The notes beneath the pieces were generated by a model. The model made no database searches. It saw nothing but the letters and a program-made list of their open reading frames with translations, and was not told the origin of the DNA. From assembly GCA_002327985.1 (NCBI GenBank), contig DCVM01000058.1, positions 21,460-85,459 on the forward strand: a stretch of DNA of 64,000 nt. Reading direction: 5' to 3'. Source of the stretch: Syntrophaceae bacterium UBA2188 (lineage in GTDB: Bacteria > Desulfobacterota > BSN033 > UBA1163). The position numbers and the translations under genes were made by a program. How positions within the stretch are numbered: the first letter of the stretch is position 1; each line of letters starts with the position of its first letter. Below, piece after piece: positions 17,316 to 26,158 of the stretch.

Positions 17316-18365
17316 GTGAAACAAAAAGTTAGCCCCCAATATATCCAGACCAGTCTTGCTGCCTCGCTCACATTGGACTTCCAACAGGGATCCTTCCACC
17401 GGAATGCAAAGTTGAAAGGATTAAACCTGCTCCTCCACTATGAGGAAGGCTGCTTGGGGAAATGCCATTTCTGTGGTCTTTCGAAATCAAGAAAAGAAGA
17501 TCGGAAGGGAAAAACGTTTATCAGGGTGAACTGGCCCCTTTATCCCTTGGAAGAAATCATTGAAAGGGCAAGGCTTAAAGATCAACTCCATCGTGTCTGT
17601 ATCTCCATGGTGACCCATCCAAAGGCCTTTGAGGATACCCTTTATGTCATTCAAAGATTGAAAGAGAAAACCGATCTTTATATCAGTGTCCTCATCTCTC
17701 CAACATTGATTCACCACAAAGATTCTCTTATGGCGATGAAAAAAACGGGCGCAGGATGGGTTGGAATTGCTATTGATGCGGCCACTCCTGAACTATTCGA
17801 TCAATTGAGAGGCAGTGGAGTGGGAGGCCCTCACCGATGGGATCATTATTGGAAAGTCGTAGAAATGGCGACCTCTGTTTTTGAAAAATTTCATGTAGGG
17901 ATCCATCTCATTGTCGGTTTGGGCGAGACGGAGAAAGAGATGGCCGAGGCGATTCAGAAAGGGCAGGATATGGAAGCTCATACCCACCTTTTCTCCTTCT
18001 TCCCTGAAAAGGGAAGTCCCATGGAGGAATATCCCCCGCCCCCTCTCGGGCAATACCGGAGGATTCAACTTGCCCGCTGGATCATTAACGAGGGCTTAGG
18101 GTCAGCACGCCAGATGAAGTTTGATGAGAATGGAAGATTGATCGATTTTGGAATGGACATTGAACCTCTTATCCAGATGGGAGAACCCTTCATGACTTCT
18201 GGGTGCCCTGGCAGGGATGGAAAAGTCGCCTGCAACCGACCTTATGGTAACGAGCGGCCTTCGGGTCCGATCCGAAATTTCCCGTTTATCCCCGAAAAAG
18301 AAGATATTGAAGAAATTAAGAACCAATTGGAATATTGGGATATTAAAAACAGAGGGTCGGAATAA
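17316..18365 (+). CDS. Radical SAM protein, BioB/LipS-type (LipS1/LipS2 candidate)
   Basis: CLGKCHFCGL CxxxCxxC motif. GTG start. Context with the LplA-like and GGR-like genes. Confidence 0.7.
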   Translation: MKQKVSPQYIQTSLAASLTLDFQQGSFHRNAKLKGLNLLLHYEEGCLGKCHFCGLSKSRKEDRKGKTFIRVNWPLYPLEEIIERARLKDQLHRVCISMVTHPKAFEDTLYVIQRLKEKTDLYISVLISPTLIHHKDSLMAMKKTGAGWVGIAIDAATPELFDQLRGSGVGGPHRWDHYWKVVEMATSVFEKFHVGIHLIVGLGETEKEMAEAIQKGQDMEAHTHLFSFFPEKGSPMEEYPPPPLGQYRRIQLARWIINEGLGSARQMKFDENGRLIDFGMDIEPLIQMGEPFMTSGCPGRDGKVACNRPYGNERPSGPIRNFPFIPEKEDIEEIKNQLEYWDIKNRGSE

Positions 18366-18482
18366 TGGAACGGTGGAATGTTGGGTAGACGTCATTCTTA
18401 ATGGGCTCTGAATTTAACCCATTATTCCATAACCCCAGTATTCCATTGTTCCAGATTCATTTCATCATTCCATTATTCCATT
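18359..18482. repeat. ATTCCA/TGGAAT octamer-word hairpin element (family copy 1)
   Basis: GGAATAATGGAACGGTGGAATG ... CATTATTCCATAACCCCAGTATTCCATTGTTCCAG...CATCATTCCATTATTCCAT. Roughly 85% similar by eye to 42455-42510. Confidence 0.65.
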
Positions 18483-18492
18483 TAGGAGTGCC

Positions 18493-19455
18493 GTGCTAGC
18501 TCAGCTCATTCAAATCCCTTTAAAAGAACTCCAATCCGAGGCCTTCCAGATTCGAAAGGCCCATTTTGGCAACGAGCTCACCTTTTCCATTCCAAGCACT
18601 GTCTCTTACCATGACGATACTCTTTCTTTCCATAAGGATCGCTTTGCGGCGATTAGCGTCACAGGAAGCCATTGCGATCTTCGATGCGGGCATTGCCAAG
18701 GAAAGCTCCTTGAATCAATGATCCCTGCCAAGAGTCCTGAAACTTTTTTACAAGTGGCGGATCGACTTCTGTCCGGTGGCGCTCATGGAATCTTGGTGAG
18801 TGGCGGAGCCAATCAAAACGGCGAAGTTCCTCTTGAGGCATTTATTCCTTCGATCAGAGAAATTAAGGAAAAGAATCCCGAGTTCAAGGTAATAGTCCAC
18901 ACCGGTCTGATTCGAAGAGAGGTGGCTAAGGAGCTGAAAGAAGCTGGAGTCGATCAGATCCTGATCGATGTGATTGGCGATGATGCCACCATTCGAGAGG
19001 TTTACCATCTCAACAAACGGGTGAAAGATTATGAAAAGACGCTCTCGATGTTAAAAGAGATGGGTCACAACCTTGCACCACACATCATCATCGGGCATCA
19101 CTTTGGAGAGATCAGAGGGGAATGGAAGGCATTAGAAATGGTCACCCGTGCCGGTGTTGAGACCATTGTATTGGTCATTCTGAAGCCCCTTTTTTCTGTT
19201 GGAAAAAATCATTTTCGGATTCCGAAGCCTGATGAAACATCAAGGATTTCTGCCGTTGCTCGCATCCTTAATCCTAAGATTCCTATTCGTATGGGTTGCA
19301 TCCGTCCGGCCCATCCCTCAAAAGCGGAGATGGAAAAGGGATTTATTGACTCCGGGGTCAATACCATTGCCTACCCTCTCCAAGGAACGATCGAATATGC
19401 AAAAGAGCTCGGTCTTGGCACCCGCTTTATCGAGATGTGCTGTAGCTTGATTTAA
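18493..19455 (+). CDS. Radical SAM protein (second LipS1/LipS2 candidate)
   Basis: GSHCDLRCGHCQG CxxxCxxC motif. AGGAG RBS then GTG 18493. Confidence 0.7.
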   Translation: MLAQLIQIPLKELQSEAFQIRKAHFGNELTFSIPSTVSYHDDTLSFHKDRFAAISVTGSHCDLRCGHCQGKLLESMIPAKSPETFLQVADRLLSGGAHGILVSGGANQNGEVPLEAFIPSIREIKEKNPEFKVIVHTGLIRREVAKELKEAGVDQILIDVIGDDATIREVYHLNKRVKDYEKTLSMLKEMGHNLAPHIIIGHHFGEIRGEWKALEMVTRAGVETIVLVILKPLFSVGKNHFRIPKPDETSRISAVARILNPKIPIRMGCIRPAHPSKAEMEKGFIDSGVNTIAYPLQGTIEYAKELGLGTRFIEMCCSLI

Positions 19456-19486
19456 TTAAAGCATTGTCATTGCGGAGGCAAGGCCC

Positions 19487-20563
19487 GTGGCAATCGCAAA
19501 GGGTTTATTATTCCCCAACAAAAAACAAATCCAAATCAAACTTCTTCAATGGTTTAAGAAGAATAAGAGAGACCTCCCCTGGAGAAAGACGGATGACCCC
19601 TATTCCATCTGGGTTTCGGAGATCATGCTTCAGCAGACCCAGGTAACTACGGTTATTCCTTACTACAAAAATTTTCTAAAATCTTTTCCAACTATACGGC
19701 ATCTCGCAAAAGCCAATCTCTCAAAAGTCCTAAAGGTATGGGAAGGACTGGGATACTATTCGAGAGCCCGGAATCTCCACGGTGCCTCTAAGATTGTCTT
19801 GAAGCATTTCCATGGAAAAATCCCTGCCACATTGAAAGACCTCCTCGGCCTACCTGGAATCGGCCGATCCACTGCAGGCGCTATCCTTTCTTTTGCCTTT
19901 CAAAAAGAAGCCTCTATCCTCGATGGAAATGCAAAACGGGTTCTTTCCAGACTCTTTGCTGTCTCAGGAAATCCCGAAAAAAGGAAGACAGAGCAACTTC
20001 TTTGGAAAATTTCAGAATCTCTGATTCCAAAAGGATATTCGAATCCCTTCAACCAGGCGCTCATGGACCTGGGTGCCATGATTTGCACACCAAAAGGACC
20101 TCTATGTCCTCGTTGTCCCCTTCATCGTTTTTGTAAAGGAAGCACCTCCGGAAAACCAGAAAGATTCCCATCAAAAACCATTAAAAGGAAGACTCCTCAC
20201 ATCAGGGCGGTCTGCCCCGTAATCCATAAGGATGGAAAAGTTTTGCTCAACCAGAGGCCTCCGAAAGGGCTTTTAGGAGGATTATGGGAATTTCCAAATT
20301 GGAAAATTGAAGGAAAACAAAGGTCAAGATTAAGGTTGAGGTTAAAAAATGACATAAAAAAAGAAATGGGGTTGAATGTTAAGGTGAATGAGTCGATTGG
20401 GATGTTCCGCCAAACCTATTCTCACTTCAAAATTACTCTTGATGTTTTTACCTGCGAAGCGTTTGAGTGGAATAGCAATGGGAAATGGGTTCCCATCCCT
20501 GAACTCCATCTTTTCCCAATGTCCAGAATTCATCGACGAATAGCTGAATCAATTTCAAACTGA
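19487..20563 (+). CDS. mutY: A/G-specific adenine DNA glycosylase
   Basis: WFKKNKRDLPWRKTDDPYSIWVSEIMLQQTQV. HhH-GPD. Fe-S loop CTPKGPLCPRCPLHRFC. C-terminal NUDIX-like domain. Confidence 0.9.
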   Translation: MAIAKGLLFPNKKQIQIKLLQWFKKNKRDLPWRKTDDPYSIWVSEIMLQQTQVTTVIPYYKNFLKSFPTIRHLAKANLSKVLKVWEGLGYYSRARNLHGASKIVLKHFHGKIPATLKDLLGLPGIGRSTAGAILSFAFQKEASILDGNAKRVLSRLFAVSGNPEKRKTEQLLWKISESLIPKGYSNPFNQALMDLGAMICTPKGPLCPRCPLHRFCKGSTSGKPERFPSKTIKRKTPHIRAVCPVIHKDGKVLLNQRPPKGLLGGLWEFPNWKIEGKQRSRLRLRLKNDIKKEMGLNVKVNESIGMFRQTYSHFKITLDVFTCEAFEWNSNGKWVPIPELHLFPMSRIHRRIAESISN

Positions 20564-20639
20564 TGTATTTCTACGATCTTAATTTTGAATCTAAATATTA
20601 TTTTTTCTCTCAATCCCCCTATCTCTATTTCTCCTTATC

Positions 20640-20708
20640 CATGTTCTTCCCATGTCAAGAGTACATCGTCGTATCACCAAGTTGATAGCTGAGGAGAAAG
20701 GAAAATGA
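20640..20708 (+). pseudogene. Orphan fragment encoding a second, divergent MutY C-terminus
   Basis: Translates HVLPMSRVHRRITKLIAEEKGK*, compared with the mutY end HLFPMSRIHRRIAESISN* (20507-20563). The protein-level match has many nucleotide differences. Confidence 0.55.
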
Positions 20709-20819
20709 AGAGATTGGGTGTAAATTTCTAATTACAGTTAACACCTACTTATCCGCGAGGGAAGCTAACCCACAACCTTGATCATTACGGAAAGAAAGCA
20801 AGCATGAAGAGAGCTTGCA

Positions 20820-20853
20820 ACAAAAGAGGCAGGGCCATCTCTAACCCTGCCTC
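20820..20853 (-). terminator. Rho-independent terminator after the short S74 fibre gene
   Basis: Minus strand: GAGGCAGGGuuagagauggCCCUGCCUC followed by UUUUGUU. Confidence 0.7.
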
Positions 20854-20882
20854 GCTTTTAATCACTTATTTATGGTTTCCGA

Positions 20883-21758
20883 TTACCTCACTTTTTCTTT
20901 GAGCTCATTTAATTCCTCTCTCAAAGTTGAAATCGTCTTCTGCTGCTCCTGCATTGCTTTTTGCTGCTCCTGAACCACCTTGGTTAATACCGCCACGATG
21001 TCCATAGGACTTAGTCCCTTCCGATCCCTCGTTGCGATCAGATCAGGCACTTCTTCCGCAATAAACCCCACATGCTTCTCGGTCATGTCTTTCTTATAAG
21101 CAAACTTCACTGGATTAAGCTCCTTCAAAGTATCAAGAGCCTCCTCTGTGGCAAGAGCTTCGATGTGATCCTTATACTCCCTGCTCGAAGCATTGGTCCA
21201 GACCCCTCCGGTGGTCACATGAGCCCCACTGGCCATCTCCAAGGGATATAAAGGACTCTGGGTCCCAATCCCTACATAGCCATTGCCAATGATGGTGAGT
21301 CTTGGGTATCCCGCAGGGGTGGTGGTATTCGGAGCAGTAAAGAGGTCAAGCTGGGTGGCCGCATTGCCAATGGTGTTTCCACCTCCGAATGCAACAAAAT
21401 TATCGGTTAACGTGGAGGCTGCTCCAAACAGATAGACCGGCAATTGAGCATTGTTATAGTGGCGCAAGACCATCCGTGAACCCTTGATCGTGTTGTCCGC
21501 TATCGTGTTCGAGAGGAGAAGAAGCCCATTATCAGGCGCTACAACCTCAAGGTCCCGTGCAGGAGTAGATGTCCCAACACCTACCTTACCATCCTGTGTC
21601 ACGATAAACTTTATCTGACCCACGCCGTCCTTCACCACTAACCTGTCTTCCCCGGAAGCCAAAGTAGATACGAAAAGAACTAAAATGACGACCCAAAAGC
21701 CGACAGGCACAAAGCTCCCCACCACATCCAATCGTTTGATGCTTGCTCTTCTCTTCAT
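20883..21758 (-). CDS. Short secreted fibre protein with C-terminal peptidase-S74 intramolecular chaperone domain (paralog 1)
   Basis: MKRRASIKRL plus a hydrophobic leader, then GKVGVGTSTP...DNGLLLLSNT...GNGYVGIGTQSP...GGVWTNASSREYKDHIE...HVGFIAEEVPDLI...coiled-coil tail. Start at ATG 21756-21758, after AAGGAGGG. Confidence 0.8.
   Translation of the reverse strand: MKRRASIKRLDVVGSFVPVGFWVVILVLFVSTLASGEDRLVVKDGVGQIKFIVTQDGKVGVGTSTPARDLEVVAPDNGLLLLSNTIADNTIKGSRMVLRHYNNAQLPVYLFGAASTLTDNFVAFGGGNTIGNAATQLDLFTAPNTTTPAGYPRLTIIGNGYVGIGTQSPLYPLEMASGAHVTTGGVWTNASSREYKDHIEALATEEALDTLKELNPVKFAYKKDMTEKHVGFIAEEVPDLIATRDRKGLSPMDIVAVLTKVVQEQQKAMQEQQKTISTLREELNELKEKVR
20989..21129 (-). repeat. 141-nt perfect inverted repeat with 57315-57455
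   Basis: The reverse complement of 20989-21129 is identical base-for-base to 57315-57455 (checked by hand across the block). Confidence 0.85.
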
Positions 21759-21799
21759 CTTTGCCCTCCTTATAACTATCATTTGGGTTTTATTTGACC

Positions 21800-24700
21800 C
21801 TATTGCAAAATGATATTTTCAATAATCATCGTTCCATTGGTAATCGTAATGGAACCGTTAATAGTGGTATAAGATGAATTCGATGTAAAATCTGCACCCC
21901 ATCCACCCTGAAGCGTAATCTCTTCGTCAAAATCCAGAATAATATTTTCATTATAAGTTTCTTGAGTGATCTTAATTATGGAGGGAACAGAGGCTATGGC
22001 AATTCCATTCTGGATTTTGGGGAAACAAGGATTGTAACCACTGCATAAACCATCCTTAGAAACATAAATAGTAAACAGATCATAGTAAATCGTAATGGTC
22101 TGAGAAGTTTGATTATGGGTCGGGCAGTTGTCATAGGCAATAACCGTGATCGGATTAGCCCCTGGATTCAATGCCACCTCCTTGCTCCAGTTCGCCGTTC
22201 CGCTTCCCGTCGCCGTATCATTGTTTGCCCGAGCCCCGTTGACCGTCACCTGTTGGAGGCCGTTGTCTCCCTGCCCCGAATCACTCGCGGTTCCGACCAG
22301 GGTAATACTCGGGGTACTGACATGCTGGCCATTGTTGTGACTCGTAATCGATAATGAAGGCCCCGTCGTATCAGGGCACGCTTGAGTAGTTTGAGAGCCC
22401 AGGGACGTCCATTCCGTCTCAAGGCCATCCCCGTTCTTGCCTTTCACCCTGAAGCTATAGGAAGTGTCACAGGCCAAGCTACAGCTATTCCAAGAGATGC
22501 CGGTAGTCCAACCGGAGTTCGTTCCTGCTGTAATATTTTCGCAGTAATACTCTGTACCGCTTCTATTGCCGTTGGCCGTCCAGTTCGCCCGGATGCAAGT
22601 CTGTGTTACGTTCGAGAAAGAAGACGCCCCAGGACCGCTGGCGAGCGTGTATTTGTAAACCGTTAATGAGTAAGAGGTCTCGTTGGGTGTGGAGGCTGAA
22701 TCCCTCGCCTTTACCTGATACCCGTACTGATGGTTAGGCTGAAGCCCCGTATTCGTGTAAGAGGCTGAACTCTGCCAGCCCGCATCCGAGCCACCCGTGC
22801 CCCCTGTTGGACTGTTTACGAAATGGAAGTAATAAGATACAGGTGGGCTTCCGGCGTCCGTTGCCGTGTTCGCTACCATCGATATCGATGATGCGCTTGC
22901 CCCATAAGGAGAGGTTAACCAGGTCATGGGATTCGGCGCCGGTGGAGTTGTATCAACAACAGGGCCCAGGAACTCATAGGCTCCTATGTCCACGATGTAG
23001 GTACCATTGTTGTCGCCATCCATGACCCGTGGATTGCCTTCAACGTCCGTCGTCATGTTAGGAGGAACATCACTATTACTCCCTGCGTCAATACAGGGAG
23101 AAGTGGCCATTAGATGAAAATCTCCCGATGCCCTATTCACAAAAAGGGGATCCATGTGAATATCCGTTGCTCCTCCCGATAGAGGAGAGATATAATCAGG
23201 GCCGGGGGTGTTATAAACATTATTCTTTACAAGAGTTGGGGGAATCATGGGGGTTGTGGGGTGTCCAAAAATCCCTGAAGAATTGAAGGCAATGATGTTG
23301 TTTGCGATGACAATGCGATCCGGAATGGGCACGGGAGGAGTAGTAATAGGAGGAGGAATGGCAACGGCAATACCTCCTCCTTGTTCAATGGTTCCATATG
23401 CTGTGGCTGTATTTCCAACGATTGTGTTATTCAGAATGAAAAGACTCTCAACCGCATCGGTACGAGCAAAGGCGTAGATACCACCTCCAATCCCCCCATT
23501 GCCGGCCGTAGGATCAGAGGCTGCATTATTGATGATCAGGTTATTCAGAATCTTCCCGGTGAGATTGGGTGCCACATGGATTCCCGCTCCCATAGCTGCT
23601 GTATTTCCTTTTATAATATTTCTTTCAATATAAAAGTTGTCCCCAAGTGTTAGTGTTACAGCTCCATGAACAGCTCCCATGTAGAGAGGTTGAAAAACGT
23701 AAAAGGTATTGTTCTCGATGAGGTTATCAACGATCCTGGGTGTTGAAAGGGTAGTAAATATTGCAGGGCCAAATCTTGCCCGATTTTCAGTAATGGTGTT
23801 ATCCTCAATCGTCGGTATCGAATTTCTAAAGTAGATGGCGCCGCCTTCCCCATCGAAGGTGTTCAAAAGTTCATTTTGAGTCAAGGTGTTTCCTGCGATG
23901 ATGGCATGACTTAAATAACCGTAAATCCCGCCCCCCACAGCCGGTTTACTGGCATTTTCAAAAGGATCGCCCAGGGAGTTCCGATGAATGAGGTTGTTTA
24001 ATATATATGGAGAGGTAACGCTGACATGAATGCCTCCGCCTGCGCCTTCATATCGGGGAGGAGAAAATGGACATGCACCACCGGTATAACTGCCTCCATT
24101 CTGAATGGTGAAGCCGTCCAATGCACTAACCAGATAGCCTGATCCTATAATTTTAACGACATTAGGAATGCCGCCGCCATCAAGAATGGTGGGATTGGCA
24201 ATAATGTTCCTTTGAGCTCGACTGCTTTCATTTCCGGCAAACCCCCCATAAAGATAAACGAAGGCAGGAATACTGATTCGCTCCGCATAAGTCCCTGCAG
24301 CTACCCAGACCTCCCCGCCTGTTAAGGCAGTGGCAGCGATTCCTGCGGATACGGTTCTTTTCGCTGTTCCCCAAGTTAAGCCATCCTGGGCATCATTGCC
24401 TCCCGGCTTAACATGAATAATAGGGGTAGGCACATTCCACAGAGTGCCGTCTGATTCATCCGCACCGATATCCACGCTGACTCCAATTACCCTAAGCTGG
24501 CCGTCAATATCCGTCCATTCAGGCTCAACGTCGGACATGGATCCAGCATTACGGCATGGAGAATCCGACTGTAAATGAAATTCCCCAATTTTATAATTGG
24601 CCATCTTGGGATCTGCGGAGATATTTCCATTTAGACCTGTCTGCTCAGCGATCCCTTTATAGTCCGACTTCTCTCCCTGAAGCACATTGCCATACACACA

Positions 24701-25840
24701 GTTGTAACGAATGACAGGATAGGATGGGGTTAATGAAGATTGTTCAAGACCCCAGGTGTTAAAGGCCACCAGGTTATTACTGACAACCGGAAAGCTGTTG
24801 GCCCAGAAAATCCCAGCCCCGTGGTTGGCAAATAATGTGTTATTCATGACCTTGGGAGGTGGGTAAAGGCCCGGATCCAAAGGAGGTGGAGAGTCAATGA
24901 TGCAGATGCCACCCCCTAAATATCCTCCATTTGCCGCAATGACGTTATTGATAATGGTAGGAGCGCTTACTGCATACGAAACGGGCTGGCCAACCACATC
25001 ATTAGTTGTGGCAAAGATCCCCCCTCCACCTATACCAAACACAGTTGTCTGCTTCGCATAGTTGGCAAAGATGAGGTTGTTGGAAATGATTGGGGAGGAA
25101 TGCCCCCAGGAACCAATGCCTCCTCCGTTGTCTGCGGCCTCATTGCGGGCAATAATGTTATAGGCAATGGTCGGAGAAGAACTGGGGAGATGGACAATAT
25201 TATTCGAACCCCAGACAGAAATGCCTCCTCCATCAACAGCCTTATTGTTCACAATCATATTATGGGTAATCACGGAGTGTGCTCTTGGTTGTGTAATTTT
25301 GTATTCCGAAATACTAATGCCCGGCCCATTGTTAGATTTAATGACATTGTTGGTGATGACAGGGCCTGAAGCTATGATGGCTATTCCGGACCCGTTTCCA
25401 TTCATGATATGAAACCCATCCATGCGTGTTTCAGGTCCGGCCATCGCTCGAATGCTCACAACAACGCCGGCGTTGTTCCCGTCCAAGATTGAAATATTGA
25501 GGTTCCAATCTCGCTGGGTACGCACTGTCTCCGTTCCAGCAAACCCACCATAAAGGGCCACATTCACGGCTACGTCAGTTCCTCCTACATTGACTACCTT
25601 GTTCTGGATGTTTTCCTGGTATGTGCCTGCAGCGACCCAGATTTCATCCCCTTCGCTGGCTGCATTAATCGCGGCGGTGACAGTCCTCTTAGCCAAAGAC
25701 CAACTTGCTCCGGAATTCGTATCGTTGCCGTCAGGTTTTACTCGGAGGATCGCAGAGTGAGCGACCGCTTGAAATAAAAACAAACCCATTACAATGAGGG
25801 TTAAAGACAGAGCGATTTTAGAAATGGAATGTCGTTGCAT
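21800..25840 (-). CDS. 1346-aa secreted multidomain protein: two right-handed beta-helix (Pmp/GGxI-repeat, choice-of-anchor-Q-like) units, two FN3-like domains, an Ig-like domain and a 75-aa C-terminal module
   Basis: Signal peptide. Duplicated caps (VKPDGNDTNSGASW...GDEIWVAAGTYQENI and VKPGGNDAQDGLTW...GGEVWVAAGTYAERI). GGGI/GGAIY repeats. DP.F....GDFHL...SPCIDAG...DIGAYE motifs. Confidence 0.8.
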   Translation of the reverse strand: MQRHSISKIALSLTLIVMGLFLFQAVAHSAILRVKPDGNDTNSGASWSLAKRTVTAAINAASEGDEIWVAAGTYQENIQNKVVNVGGTDVAVNVALYGGFAGTETVRTQRDWNLNISILDGNNAGVVVSIRAMAGPETRMDGFHIMNGNGSGIAIIASGPVITNNVIKSNNGPGISISEYKITQPRAHSVITHNMIVNNKAVDGGGISVWGSNNIVHLPSSSPTIAYNIIARNEAADNGGGIGSWGHSSPIISNNLIFANYAKQTTVFGIGGGGIFATTNDVVGQPVSYAVSAPTIINNVIAANGGYLGGGICIIDSPPPLDPGLYPPPKVMNNTLFANHGAGIFWANSFPVVSNNLVAFNTWGLEQSSLTPSYPVIRYNCVYGNVLQGEKSDYKGIAEQTGLNGNISADPKMANYKIGEFHLQSDSPCRNAGSMSDVEPEWTDIDGQLRVIGVSVDIGADESDGTLWNVPTPIIHVKPGGNDAQDGLTWGTAKRTVSAGIAATALTGGEVWVAAGTYAERISIPAFVYLYGGFAGNESSRAQRNIIANPTILDGGGIPNVVKIIGSGYLVSALDGFTIQNGGSYTGGACPFSPPRYEGAGGGIHVSVTSPYILNNLIHRNSLGDPFENASKPAVGGGIYGYLSHAIIAGNTLTQNELLNTFDGEGGAIYFRNSIPTIEDNTITENRARFGPAIFTTLSTPRIVDNLIENNTFYVFQPLYMGAVHGAVTLTLGDNFYIERNIIKGNTAAMGAGIHVAPNLTGKILNNLIINNAASDPTAGNGGIGGGIYAFARTDAVESLFILNNTIVGNTATAYGTIEQGGGIAVAIPPPITTPPVPIPDRIVIANNIIAFNSSGIFGHPTTPMIPPTLVKNNVYNTPGPDYISPLSGGATDIHMDPLFVNRASGDFHLMATSPCIDAGSNSDVPPNMTTDVEGNPRVMDGDNNGTYIVDIGAYEFLGPVVDTTPPAPNPMTWLTSPYGASASSISMVANTATDAGSPPVSYYFHFVNSPTGGTGGSDAGWQSSASYTNTGLQPNHQYGYQVKARDSASTPNETSYSLTVYKYTLASGPGASSFSNVTQTCIRANWTANGNRSGTEYYCENITAGTNSGWTTGISWNSCSLACDTSYSFRVKGKNGDGLETEWTSLGSQTTQACPDTTGPSLSITSHNNGQHVSTPSITLVGTASDSGQGDNGLQQVTVNGARANNDTATGSGTANWSKEVALNPGANPITVIAYDNCPTHNQTSQTITIYYDLFTIYVSKDGLCSGYNPCFPKIQNGIAIASVPSIIKITQETYNENIILDFDEEITLQGGWGADFTSNSSYTTINGSITITNGTMIIENIILQ

Positions 25841-26158
25841 GACGAATTCTCCCTTCTACGGGGTCAATTTCAAATATCCTCTACCATTCCTGAGATCTCA
25901 ATAATTGGCAGATGCTTTGAGTGAATTCTGTGGACATACTACTATTTTAAAGTTTGTTCTTTTAACTTTTCCCATTTTTCTGGTGCCAGGTGACCTTTCT
26001 GTCTTTTGGTTGGAATATACACGATTTTTAAAACATAGGGAAGCAAAACATTAGGCGAAGGGAAAGGGGTACAATCGGAAAAAGGGAAACATTTGAAAAA
26101 TTCACCTCCTACTCATCAGGTGCAGCATGTGAAATCTACCGAAGATTTACAATTGAAA

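Noticed and set aside
20883-25840. Prophage or tailocin interpretation of the S74 tail-fibre-like genes (also 49845-57581)
   Set aside because: No capsid, portal, terminase, sheath/tube, baseplate, holin/lysin, integrase or repressor genes at either locus. All members have signal peptides and are flanked by housekeeping genes. The full genome context could still change this.
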